From Thermoanaerobaculia bacterium (lineage in GTDB: Bacteria; Acidobacteriota; Thermoanaerobaculia; UBA5066; Gp7-AA6): a stretch of DNA of 42,765 nt. The DNA lies in contig JAWOLE010000257.1 in NCBI GenBank assembly GCA_033853815.1, forward strand, positions 1-42,765. Reading direction: 5' to 3'. Under the pieces are notes generated by a model. That model made no database searches and was not told the origin of the DNA. It saw only the letters and a program-made list of their open reading frames with translations. A program made the position numbers and the translations under genes. Numbering within the stretch: position 1 is the stretch's first letter; each line of letters starts with the position of its first letter. Shown here in pieces: positions 33,073 to 41,517 of the stretch.

Positions 33073-35777
33073 GGTGCCGCGTCCGCCTCCGACAGCATCT
33101 CGCGCACGGCGGCCTCGGCTTCCTTCAGAGCTCCCGGAAGGAGGCTTTCGTTTCTCCCTCCGGCCTGGGCGAGATCGGCCTTGCCGCCGCCGCTTCCCCC
33201 GAGCGCTTTTCCGATCCGGGCGGCGATCCGGGAGGCCGGAAGGCGCCCGGTCAGGTCCGGCGTGACCGCCGCGACGACGGAGGTCCTCCCCTCCCGGGAG
33301 GTGCCGACGACGACGACCCCGCTCGCGAGCCTGGCGCGGAGGGTGTCGGAGAGATTCCGCAGCTCGGGAATCGAGAGCCCCTCCGCGATCCGCGTGACGA
33401 GCCGGACTCCGTCGACATCCACGGTCCCACCGGAGGCGCCGGCGTCGCCCGAAGCGAGCTTCAGTTTCAGCGACGCCACCTCGCGCTCGAGGGACTTCAA
33501 ACGCTCCTCCCGTTCCCGCCAGCGCTCCAGCAGCTTCTCGCGCGGGCTCTGCGCGGCTCCCGAGAGGGCGTTCAGCGTCTCCTCATCTTCGCCGAGCAGC
33601 TCCACCGCGCCGAGCGAGGTCACGGCCTCGAGACGGCGCACGCCCGCGGCGAGGCCACGATCCGAGACGATCTTGAAGGCCCCGATCTCCCCCGTGCGGG
33701 GGACGTGGCAGCCGCCGCAAAGCTCGGTCGAGAAGCCGGGCACGTCCACCACGCGGACCCTCTCCCCGTACTTCTCGCCGAAGAAGGCGATGGCCCCCTT
33801 CGCACGCGATTCCTCCATGCTCATGTATTCCTTGGTCACGGCGGTGTCGCGCAGGATCTCCTCGTTGACGAGCCGCTCGATCTCGGCGATCTGGCCGGGA
33901 GTCGGCGGGACCGTCGCCGCGTAGTCGAAGCGCAGGCGGTCGGGCGCGACGAGCGAGCCCATCTGCCGCGCCAATTCCCCCAGGACCCGCCGCAGCGCGG
34001 CATGGAGCAGATGGGTGCCGGTGTGATTGGCCTGTGTCCGCCGGCGGATCCACTCGGGGACCTCCATGTCCACTTTCGTCCCGGCGGAGAGGACGCCCTT
34101 GCGGACCGTGACGCGGTGCGCGATCAACCCCGGAACCGGCTTCCGTGTATCGGTGACCTCCGCTTCGCCTCCCGGCCAGCGCCAGGTGCCGGTGTCGGCC
34201 ACCTGGCCCCCGCCTTCCGGGTAGAAGACCGTCCGGTCCGTCACGACCTCGCCCGACTGCCCGGCGGACAGATCCCGCGCGGGCGCGCCGTCGCGGACGA
34301 TGCCGAGGACGGCCGCGCCCGAGAGGCGGCAGAAGTCGAGCTCGGGGTAGCCGCGAAACTCCGAGTGCTCGGGAGGCAGCCGCAGACCCTCGTAGACCGA
34401 GGCGTCGGCGGCCTGGAACTTCGCCCCCGCCCGCGAGGCCGCGCGCTGCTTCTCGAGATTCTCCTCGAATCCCGCGTGGTCCACCGAGAGCCCCTCGTCG
34501 GAGGCGATCTCCTCGATGACTTCGAGCGGGATCCCGTAGGTGTCGTAGAGGCGGAAGACGGCCTCGCCGGGAAGGGCCCTCTCCCCTCGCCGGCGGAGCG
34601 ACTCGATCGACTCCCCCACCCGGTCCGCGCCAACCGACATGGTCCGGGCGAAGCGCTCCTCCTCGGCCCGCAGCGTCTGGCCGAAAAGTATATCGACATT
34701 GATATAGTGAGACGCGTCGAGGCCGTAGCGGCCCTCGCCGAGCCGCCGGACGTAGACCCCGTCGAAGATATCGAGGACGACCGGCGCCAGCCGGTAGAGG
34801 ACGGGCCCCTCGATCCCCAGATGCCGGGCGTAGCGCAGCGCGCGCCGGATGATCCGCCGCAGCACGTACCCGCGCCCCTCGTTGGAGGGCAGGACGCCGT
34901 CGGCCATGAGCATCGCGGTGGAGCGGGCGTGGTCCGCGAGGACCCGGAACGGAGCGTCCTCGACCACCATGTTCCCCGTGTAGGAGCGCCCGGAGATTTC
35001 CTCGATCTTCGCCAGGATCGGGCGGAAGAGGTCGGTGTCGAAGTTGTTGTTGACCCCCTGGAGGACAGCGGTCAGCCGCTCCAGGCCCATCCCCGTGTCC
35101 ACGGAGGGCTTGGGGAGAGGCGTCATCGCGCCCGTCGCGTCGCGCTCGAACTGCATGAAGACGAGGTTCCAGACCTCGACCGTGTCGTCTCCCGGACCGT
35201 TGACGAGCTCGGCGCGATTCCGAGAAAGATCTCTTCCCTGGAAATAGTGGATCTCCGAACACGGGCCGCAGGGCCCGGTCTCCCCCATCGCCCAGAAATT
35301 CTCCGATTCGCCGAAGCGGAGGATCCGCCCGGCCGGCAGGAACCGCTCCCAGAGCCGCGCGGCCTCGTCATCCTCGGTGAAGACGGTCGCCCAGAGGCGC
35401 TCCGGTTCGAGGCCGTACCCCTCTTCTCTGTCCGTCAGCAGCTCCCATCCATACCGGATGGCCTCGTCCTTGAAGTAGTCGCCGAAGGAGAAGTTGCCGA
35501 GCATCTCGAAGAAGGTCAGGTGGCGGCCGGTGTAGCCCACGTTGTCGAGGTCGTTGTGCTTTCCCCCGGCGCGCACGCACTTCTGCGCGCTCGCGGCCCG
35601 GCTGTAGTCGCGCTTCTCGCGCCCCGTGAAGACGTCCTTGAACTGGTTCATCCCGGCGTTGGCGAAGAGCAGCGTCGGATCCTCGGCCGGGATCAGGGAG
35701 GAGGAGGGAACGCGGCGGTGCCCCCGCTTCCCGAAGTACTCGAGGAACCTCTCCCGGATCTCACTGGATGTTTTCAC
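33063..35777 (-). CDS. alaS: alanine--tRNA ligase
   Basis: 904 aa from GTG 35777 (VKTSSEIRERFLEYFGKRGHRRVPSSSLIP..LLFANAGMNQFKD). Editing domain HTGTHLLH..CGGCHV. C-terminal DHHA1. The GTG overlaps the recX TGA as GTGA. Confidence 0.95.
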   Translation of the reverse strand: MKTSSEIRERFLEYFGKRGHRRVPSSSLIPAEDPTLLFANAGMNQFKDVFTGREKRDYSRAASAQKCVRAGGKHNDLDNVGYTGRHLTFFEMLGNFSFGDYFKDEAIRYGWELLTDREEGYGLEPERLWATVFTEDDEAARLWERFLPAGRILRFGESENFWAMGETGPCGPCSEIHYFQGRDLSRNRAELVNGPGDDTVEVWNLVFMQFERDATGAMTPLPKPSVDTGMGLERLTAVLQGVNNNFDTDLFRPILAKIEEISGRSYTGNMVVEDAPFRVLADHARSTAMLMADGVLPSNEGRGYVLRRIIRRALRYARHLGIEGPVLYRLAPVVLDIFDGVYVRRLGEGRYGLDASHYINVDILFGQTLRAEEERFARTMSVGADRVGESIESLRRRGERALPGEAVFRLYDTYGIPLEVIEEIASDEGLSVDHAGFEENLEKQRAASRAGAKFQAADASVYEGLRLPPEHSEFRGYPELDFCRLSGAAVLGIVRDGAPARDLSAGQSGEVVTDRTVFYPEGGGQVADTGTWRWPGGEAEVTDTRKPVPGLIAHRVTVRKGVLSAGTKVDMEVPEWIRRRTQANHTGTHLLHAALRRVLGELARQMGSLVAPDRLRFDYAATVPPTPGQIAEIERLVNEEILRDTAVTKEYMSMEESRAKGAIAFFGEKYGERVRVVDVPGFSTELCGGCHVPRTGEIGAFKIVSDRGLAAGVRRLEAVTSLGAVELLGEDEETLNALSGAAQSPREKLLERWREREERLKSLEREVASLKLKLASGDAGASGGTVDVDGVRLVTRIAEGLSIPELRNLSDTLRARLASGVVVVGTSREGRTSVVAAVTPDLTGRLPASRIAARIGKALGGSGGGKADLAQAGGRNESLLPGALKEAEAAVREMLSEADAAPGP

Positions 35778-36262
35778 GATTCGCCGTCGTCTCCATCCCG
35801 GCGGGGAGCCTCGCGGGCCCGCGCCGTCCAATCCTTCATCTTCGCAGAAATCGCGGCCGCGGAAAAACCTCGCCTCGAGAGCGCGTCCCGGATCCGCCGC
35901 CGGCGCGTCTCCGGGGAGAGGCCGGCGCGGGACCGCCGCAGCCTCTCGAAGGCCCGCGACAGGGCCCGCGCCTCCGTCTCGGGCTCCAATCCCGAGAGCG
36001 CCTCCGCGATCGTTTCCTCCGAGAAGCCGCGGGCGGAGAGCTCCCGGCGGAGGCGCTCCCGGCCGTAGCGCCCCTCGCGCGCCGCGACGGCCGAGCGCGC
36101 CGCGGCGAGGTCGTCGAGCCAGCCTTCCCGCTCCAGGCGCGAGAGGGCCCCGGAAACGGCTCCGCGGTCGAAGCCGCGCCGCTCGAGGGCTCGCGCGAGC
36201 TCGGCCCGGCCGCGTGAGCGGACCGCCAGCAGTGTGAGCGCCCGCTCTCGCGCCGCGGAGAC
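35774..36262 (-). CDS. recX: RecX-like regulatory protein; start codon unresolved
   Basis: The open frame translates SAARERALTLLAVRSRGRAELARALERRGFDRGAVSGALSRLEREGWLDD...LRRELSARGFSEETI...IRDALSRRGFSAAAI, i.e. three RecX helical repeats. The only ATG/GTG/TTG in frame is TTG 35989, mid-protein. CTG lies at 36232. An in-frame TAG sits in the heptamer array upstream. Confidence 0.6.
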   Translation of the reverse strand, partial: VSAARERALTLLAVRSRGRAELARALERRGFDRGAVSGALSRLEREGWLDDLAAARSAVAAREGRYGRERLRRELSARGFSEETIAEALSGLEPETEARALSRAFERLRRSRAGLSPETRRRRIRDALSRRGFSAAAISAKMKDWTARAREAPRRDGDDGES

Positions 36263-36307
36263 CGAGTCAGGCTGTGCGGTTTTTCGAACGCGCCGGGACG
36301 GTGGGGT

Positions 36308-36349
36308 CGTCTGCCGTCTCCCGTCTACCGTCTACCGTCTACCGGGTCT
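36308..36349. repeat. direct tandem heptamer array (6x CGTCTNC)
   Basis: cgtctgc cgtctcc cgtctac cgtctac cgtctac cgggtct abuts the pilT TGA (36350-36352). There is only a short partial inverted partner (CGGGACGG at 36294-36301). Confidence 0.85.
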
Positions 36350-37534
36350 TCAGCGCGCGCCGCGCGGTTGCCTGGAAAAGTCGAGGGGCGCTTCTTCGAC
36401 CGAATGGAAGTCCGACGGCTCTTCCAGCGCGGCGTCCATCTCCTCCCGGGCGATGTCGGAGGTGGACTGGATGCCCTGGACCTTCAGCCGGAACTCGTTG
36501 GGGTTCGAGGCCTGCTTGAACGCTTCCTCGAGCGTGATCAGGTCGGACTTGTAGAGCTGATAGAGAGACTGGTCGAAGGTCTGCATGCCGTACTGCGACG
36601 TCCCCTGCTTGATCGCGTCCGGGATGTACTTGGTCTTTTCCTTGTTCTCGATGCACTCGCGGATGTATTCGGTGGCGACCAGGACCTCCACGGCCGGGAC
36701 GCGGCTCAAGCCGTCGGCCCGTGGCATCAGGCGCAGCGAGATGACCGCCTTCAGGACGGCGCCGAGCTGCAGCCGGATCTGCCGGTGCTGGTGCGGCGGG
36801 AAGAGGGTGATGATGCGGTTGACCGTCTCGGTCGCGTCCAGGGTGTGGAGGGTCGAGAGCACGAGGTGGCCCGTCTCGGCGGCCGTCAGCGCGGTGGCGA
36901 TCGTCTCCACGTCCCGCATCTCGCCGACCAGGATCACGTCCGGGTCCTGCCGGAGCGCGCTCCTCAGGGCCGTCGAGAAGGCGCGCGTGTCCACGTCGAG
37001 CTCGCGCTGGTTGACGATCGACTTCTTGTCCCGGTGCAGGTACTCGATCGGGTCCTCGATCGTCAGGATGTGCTCGTTTCGCAGCGTGTTGATGTGGTCG
37101 ACCATCGACGCGAGGGTGGTCGTCTTGCCCGAGCCGGTCGTCCCCGTGCAGAGCACGAGGCCGCGCGGCTCCATGCTGATGCGCTCGAGCACGGGGGGCA
37201 GGAGCAGCTCCCGGATCGTCAGGATGCGCGTCGGGATGACGCGCAGGACGAGTCCGACGGTGCCGCGCTGTAGGAAGATGCTGCAGCGGAAGCGCCCCAG
37301 GTTGGGCACCTGGTAGGAGGTGTCGATCTCGTAATCGGTCTTGAACCTCTCCTTCTGCCGCGCCGACATGATCGAGAACGCCATGGCGACGGTGTCTTCC
37401 TGCAGGAGCCGCCGCATCTCGCTCAAGGGCTTCAGGACGCCGTCGATGCGCAGCACGGGAAAGGCACCCACCTTCAGATGGAGGTCCGACGCTTTGCGGT
37501 CCACCGCCACCTTCAGGAGATCGTTGATGTGCAT
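36350..37534 (-). CDS. pilT: type IV pilus retraction ATPase PilT family
   Basis: 394 aa. Walker A GTTGSGKTTT, Asp box, Walker B DPDVILVGEMRD, His box LVLSTLHT, AIRNLIRE-like YIRECIENKE. Confidence 0.9.
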   Translation of the reverse strand: MHINDLLKVAVDRKASDLHLKVGAFPVLRIDGVLKPLSEMRRLLQEDTVAMAFSIMSARQKERFKTDYEIDTSYQVPNLGRFRCSIFLQRGTVGLVLRVIPTRILTIRELLLPPVLERISMEPRGLVLCTGTTGSGKTTTLASMVDHINTLRNEHILTIEDPIEYLHRDKKSIVNQRELDVDTRAFSTALRSALRQDPDVILVGEMRDVETIATALTAAETGHLVLSTLHTLDATETVNRIITLFPPHQHRQIRLQLGAVLKAVISLRLMPRADGLSRVPAVEVLVATEYIRECIENKEKTKYIPDAIKQGTSQYGMQTFDQSLYQLYKSDLITLEEAFKQASNPNEFRLKVQGIQSTSDIAREEMDAALEEPSDFHSVEEAPLDFSRQPRGAR

Positions 37535-37577
37535 GGGTTTAGCTTACGCTTGGAGCGGTGCTATTGGAAGCGGGGAA

Positions 37578-37664
37578 AGTCCTTGGTCCTTGGTCCTTAG
37601 TCCTGAGTCCAAGCTCGTATGAGATCCGACCAAGGACTAAGGACTAAGGACTAAGGACTTTTCC
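37578..37664. repeat. inverted tandem heptamer array (5x RGTCCTK, 17-nt spacer, 5x CYAAGGA)
   Basis: Left arm 37578-37612, right arm 37630-37664. About 26 of 30 positions pair. The right arm runs into the ilvE TAG (37664-37666). Confidence 0.92.
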
Positions 37665-38602
37665 TAGACCCGGGCTTCCACGGGCACCGGCGTCAGCCAG
37701 CCGTACCGATCCTCCGCCTGGCCGGAGAGGAGGGCGAAGAAGTCCTTCTGGAGCCTCTCGGTGACCGGGCCGCGCCTGCCCGAACCGACCACGACCCGGT
37801 CGACGGACCGGATGGGGGTGATCTCCGCGGCCGTCCCCGTGAAGAAGATCTCGTCGGCGATATAGAGCATCTCGCGGGCGATCTGCTGCTCGACCACCTT
37901 GTACCCGGCGTCCCGCGCGATCGTCAGGACGGAATCCCGCGTGATGCCGGGCAGGATGGTGCCGGCCAGCGGAGGCGTCAGGATCCTGCCTCCGTAGACC
38001 AGGAAGATGTTCTCGCCGCTCCCCTCGGAGATCCGCCCGCTGCTGTCGAGCGCGATGCCTTCCGTGTAGCCGTTGGTGATCGCCTCCATCTTGATCAGCA
38101 TCGAGTTCAGATAGTTCCCGCTCGCCTTCGCCATCGCGGGGAAGGTGTTGGGCGCCATACGGTTCCAGGAGGACACGCAGACGTCCACCCCCTGCTCGAT
38201 CGCCTCCTCGCCCAGGTACTTGCCCCATTTCCACACGGCCACGATCACGTCGACCGGGCTCTTGAAGGGGTTGACGCCGAGCGCCCCCAGTCCGCGGTAC
38301 ACGAGCGGGCGGATGTAGCAGTCCTCGAATCCGTTGGCGCGGATCGTGTCGAAGATCGCGCTCTTGAACTCCTCCGGGGAGTAGGGGATCTCCATCCGGT
38401 AGACCTTGCAGGAGTCGTAGAGCCGCTTGATGTGCTCGTCCAGCCGGAAGGCGACCGAACCGTTGCGAGTCTTGTAGAGGCGCGCGCCTTCGAAGATCCC
38501 CGAGGCGTAGTGGAAGACGTGGGAAAAGGCGTGGATCTTCGCGTCGGCAAAATCCACGAGCCGGCCGTTCATCCAGACTTTCTTGACGTCTTCGTAGGAC
38601 AT
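37664..38602 (-). CDS. ilvE: branched-chain amino acid aminotransferase
   Basis: 312 aa. FEGARLY, class IV aminotransferase motifs [44 protein letters not shown] precedes the ATG. Confidence 0.95.
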   Translation of the reverse strand: MSYEDVKKVWMNGRLVDFADAKIHAFSHVFHYASGIFEGARLYKTRNGSVAFRLDEHIKRLYDSCKVYRMEIPYSPEEFKSAIFDTIRANGFEDCYIRPLVYRGLGALGVNPFKSPVDVIVAVWKWGKYLGEEAIEQGVDVCVSSWNRMAPNTFPAMAKASGNYLNSMLIKMEAITNGYTEGIALDSSGRISEGSGENIFLVYGGRILTPPLAGTILPGITRDSVLTIARDAGYKVVEQQIAREMLYIADEIFFTGTAAEITPIRSVDRVVVGSGRRGPVTERLQKDFFALLSGQAEDRYGWLTPVPVEARV

Positions 38603-38676
38603 GCGACCTCCGCGTTGGTGGGAAGCGATCGCGGGTCCGAGCGAGTATCCCCTGAGGGGAAAGCGGTGTCAATCGG

Positions 38677-38782
38677 CAACGTCAGCCGTGAAACGTCAAA
38701 CGTAAACCGTTAAACGAAGCCTCCTCACCTCTGCACCTCCGTTTTTCGTTTTACGTTTTACGTTTTACGTTTTACGTTTTGC
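38677..38782. repeat. inverted tandem heptamer array (6x AAACGTN incl. 2 degenerate, 22-nt spacer, 6x GTTTTNC)
   Basis: Left arm 38677-38718, right arm 38741-38782. The rsmE TAA (38772-38774) and its last three codons lie inside the right arm. Same heptamer family as 28374-28445. Confidence 0.9.
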
Positions 38783-39494
38783 GAACGAGTGCGGCCCTCG
38801 CGAGGACGAGCGCCGCGAGGGCGGCGGTCTCGGCTCGGAGCTTTCCGGCGGGCAGGGCCACGGTCGACCACTCGCGAGCGCGGGCGGCCTCGCGCTCTGC
38901 CTCGGTCCATCCTCCCTCCGGGCCGACGAGGAGAAAAAGAGGCCGCGGCGACAGCGCCGCGGGGAAGGCCTCCCCCGAAGCGTCGAGGAAGAGACGATGA
39001 GAGGCCGGCCCCAGGGCGAGGGCGCGGTCGAGAGGGAGAGGCCCGGCGATTTTCGGCCAGCGCGCCGTTTCGGACTGCTTGGCCGCCTCGCGGCAGACGC
39101 GCTCCAGGCGCCCGATCGCCTCGGCCGAGGCCCGGAAGGATTGCGTGCGGGAGCTCGCGACGAGCGTGAGACTCTCGGCCTCGAGCTCCGTCGCCTTCTG
39201 CGCGAGCCAGGCCAGCCGCTCGGCCCGCAAGCCGCAGACCAGGAGCTCGACGCGGGGAGTCCGCTCTCCGGCGGACAGGACCCGCTGGACGAGGGCTTCG
39301 CCGCTCCTTCCCGCCAGCCGCGTCAGGACGGCCGCGGCCTCGCGTCCGGTGCCGTCCAGAAGTACGACGGGATCTCCCGGGCGCAGCCTGCGGGCGCGGG
39401 CGTGGAGGGACTCCTCCGCGGTCAGACGCGCCGTTTCCCCCGCCGCGGGCAGCGTCCCGACTATGAGACGCGCGCCAGGCAGAGACACACCCAA
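38772..39494 (-). CDS. rsmE: 16S rRNA (uracil1498-N3)-methyltransferase RsmE family
   Basis: 240 aa. N-terminal PUA-like region (LTAEESLHARARRLRPGDPVVLLDG). C-terminal SPOUT knot (LLVGPEGGWTEAE..LPAGKLRAETAALAAL). Start is TTG 39494 or GTG 39488 and overlaps the prmA 3' end. Confidence 0.85.
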   Translation of the reverse strand: MGVSLPGARLIVGTLPAAGETARLTAEESLHARARRLRPGDPVVLLDGTGREAAAVLTRLAGRSGEALVQRVLSAGERTPRVELLVCGLRAERLAWLAQKATELEAESLTLVASSRTQSFRASAEAIGRLERVCREAAKQSETARWPKIAGPLPLDRALALGPASHRLFLDASGEAFPAALSPRPLFLLVGPEGGWTEAEREAARAREWSTVALPAGKLRAETAALAALVLARAALVRKT

Positions 39495-40291
39495 TCTCCT
39501 TCCGTGCGCCGGCCGGAGAGTCCCCAGCGGCGGGAGCGCAGGCGCGCGAGCAACTCCTCCTCACGCTCGGCGGGGATTCCGGACAGGATCAGCCGGCCGC
39601 CGGGAGCGACGCGGCCGAGGACCGCGCCTCGAGCCCGAAGGAATTCCTCGGGCAGCAAATTCGCGACGACGAGCGGAAAGGCCCGCGAGATCGTCTCCGC
39701 CGTCCCCGCGAAGAGCGGGACGCGGGAGGCAAACGGGTGCAGTCGAAGGTTCTCCCGGGCGACGAAGACGGCCTCCGTATCCGTGTCGAAGGCGAAGGCG
39801 CGCCGCGCCCCGAGAGCGGCCGCGGCGAGCGCGAGGACTCCCGAACCCGTGCCCACGTCGAGAACGTCGAGCCCGGAGGGAGGGTCCTCTTCCAGGCACA
39901 GCAGCGCGAGGCGCGTGGATTCGTGGCCTCCGGTTCCGAAGGCGGCCGAGGCGGGGAGCCGCAGCGCGATGCGGCCGGCGGGAGGCTGAGAGTCCGACGG
40001 GTCGCCCGGATCGATCCAGAAGCGCTCGCCGACCGCGAAGGGACGCGAGGCGGCACGGAAGGCGCGGAAGGGATCGTCTTCCGGGATGTCCGTGACCAGG
40101 TCGCAGCGCAGGCGAGCGGCCGAGAGCGCCCGGCTCGCGCCACGGGCATCCTCCGCTTCTCGAAAGCAGGCGACGAGATCGCGCCCTTCCTCCACGAACC
40201 CGAGCGGTCCGTAGAGGGACAGGATGCCGACGACGGCGTCGTCCCTCGCCTTGCGCGGGACGACCAGGCGCGAATATTTCCGCCGGGCCAT
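39461..40291 (-). CDS. prmA: ribosomal protein L11 methyltransferase
   Basis: FGTGGHESTRLAL, VLDVGTGSGVLALAAAALGA, AFDTDTEAV. ATG 40291 is preferred; GTG 40330 is the maximal ORF. Confidence 0.85.
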   Translation of the reverse strand: MARRKYSRLVVPRKARDDAVVGILSLYGPLGFVEEGRDLVACFREAEDARGASRALSAARLRCDLVTDIPEDDPFRAFRAASRPFAVGERFWIDPGDPSDSQPPAGRIALRLPASAAFGTGGHESTRLALLCLEEDPPSGLDVLDVGTGSGVLALAAAALGARRAFAFDTDTEAVFVARENLRLHPFASRVPLFAGTAETISRAFPLVVANLLPEEFLRARGAVLGRVAPGGRLILSGIPAEREEELLARLRSRRWGLSGRRTEGDWVCLCLARVS

Positions 40292-40342
40292 CAGTTCGTG
40301 AGGCTCGAGGCATGAGGCGTCAGGCGACACACGGACCCTGCC

Positions 40343-40377
40343 TTACGGCTCACGTTTACGGCTTACGCCTTACGGCT
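40343..40377. repeat. direct tandem ~7-nt array (5x TTACGSC-like)
   Basis: ttacggc tcacgtt tacggct tacgcct tacggct ends 8 nt before the dnaJ TGA (40386-40388). No inverted arm is evident. Confidence 0.7.
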
Positions 40378-40385
40378 CCCGTGCC

Positions 40386-41495
40386 TCAATGGAAGATCTT
40401 CTTCGCTTTCGAGAAGACGCCCCTGGCGGCGATCGGAGCTCCCGTCAGCTCGGCGTACTGGCGCAAGAGCTCCTTCTCCTTCTCCGAGGGAGCCTCGGGA
40501 ACGATGACTCCGAGTCGCACGACGAGGTCTCCCCTGCCGCGATGGCCGAGCCGGCCAAATCCCTTGCTGCGCAGGCGGATTTCCGAGCCTGCCTTCGTCC
40601 CCCGGTGGATTGCGATCGTCTCGCTTTCCTCGAGGGTGGGAACGGTGATTTCGCCGCCCAGCACGAGCGTCGGGAACGGCAGGTCCATGCGCAGGACCAT
40701 GTCGTCCCCTTCGCGCTCGAAGATCTCGTGCTCGGCGACGGTCAGGACGACGTAGAGATCGCCGGGAGGCCCGCCGTTGGCCCCCGCGTCTCCTTCGCCC
40801 GCCAGCCTCAAGCGCGACCCCGTCTCTACCCCCGCGGGAATGCGGATTTCGATCTTGCGCGAGCCGCGCCGCCGCCCCTCGCCGCCGCAGGCGCGGCAGG
40901 GCTTGTCGATGACCTTGCCATCGCCGCCGCACGAGGCGCACGGGCGAGTCACGGTGAGGAACCCCTGCGAAAATCTCTGCCGCCCGCGCCCGCCGCAGGC
41001 CGGGCAGGTCCGCGGATGCGAGCCCGGCTCGGCCCCGCTCCCGGAGCAGTCCTGGCAGCGCTCGAGCCGTGAGATCACGAGCGGGGCCTCGACGCCGAAG
41101 GCGGCGTCCCGGAAGGAGACCTCCATGCGGTACACCACGTCGCTTCCGGCCTGCCGGGAAGCTCCACCCCCTCCGAAGCCGGAAAAGCCGAAGAAGTTCT
41201 CGAAGAGATCGGAGAACTCCCCGAAGATCGAGGGATCGAACCCCTGGGCGAAGCCGGCCGCGCCCGGAGAGACGCCGGCGTGCCCATAGCGGTCGTAGCG
41301 CGCCCGCTTCTCCGGATCCGACAGGACCGCGTACGCCTCGGAAGCCTCCTTGAACTTCTCCGCGGCGCCCGGGTCGCCGGGATTGCGGTCGGGGTGATGG
41401 CGCAGCGCGAGCTTGCGGTAGGCGGATTTCAACTCGCCGTTGGCGGCGTCGCGGGCGACGCCCAGGACCTCGTAGTAATCGCGCTTCTCGGCCAT
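40386..41495 (-). CDS. dnaJ: molecular chaperone DnaJ
   Basis: J domain with HPD ([16 protein letters not shown]), G/F region, four CxxCxGxG zinc motifs, C-terminal domains. Confidence 0.95.
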   Translation of the reverse strand: MAEKRDYYEVLGVARDAANGELKSAYRKLALRHHPDRNPGDPGAAEKFKEASEAYAVLSDPEKRARYDRYGHAGVSPGAAGFAQGFDPSIFGEFSDLFENFFGFSGFGGGGASRQAGSDVVYRMEVSFRDAAFGVEAPLVISRLERCQDCSGSGAEPGSHPRTCPACGGRGRQRFSQGFLTVTRPCASCGGDGKVIDKPCRACGGEGRRRGSRKIEIRIPAGVETGSRLRLAGEGDAGANGGPPGDLYVVLTVAEHEIFEREGDDMVLRMDLPFPTLVLGGEITVPTLEESETIAIHRGTKAGSEIRLRSKGFGRLGHRGRGDLVVRLGVIVPEAPSEKEKELLRQYAELTGAPIAARGVFSKAKKIFH

Positions 41496-41517
41496 CGTCC
41501 TCTACTGCTTGGGTTCT

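Noticed and set aside
41496-41517. Absence of grpE between dnaK and dnaJ
   Set aside because: dnaK-dnaJ without an adjacent grpE is a common arrangement. grpE may lie upstream of dnaK outside the window.
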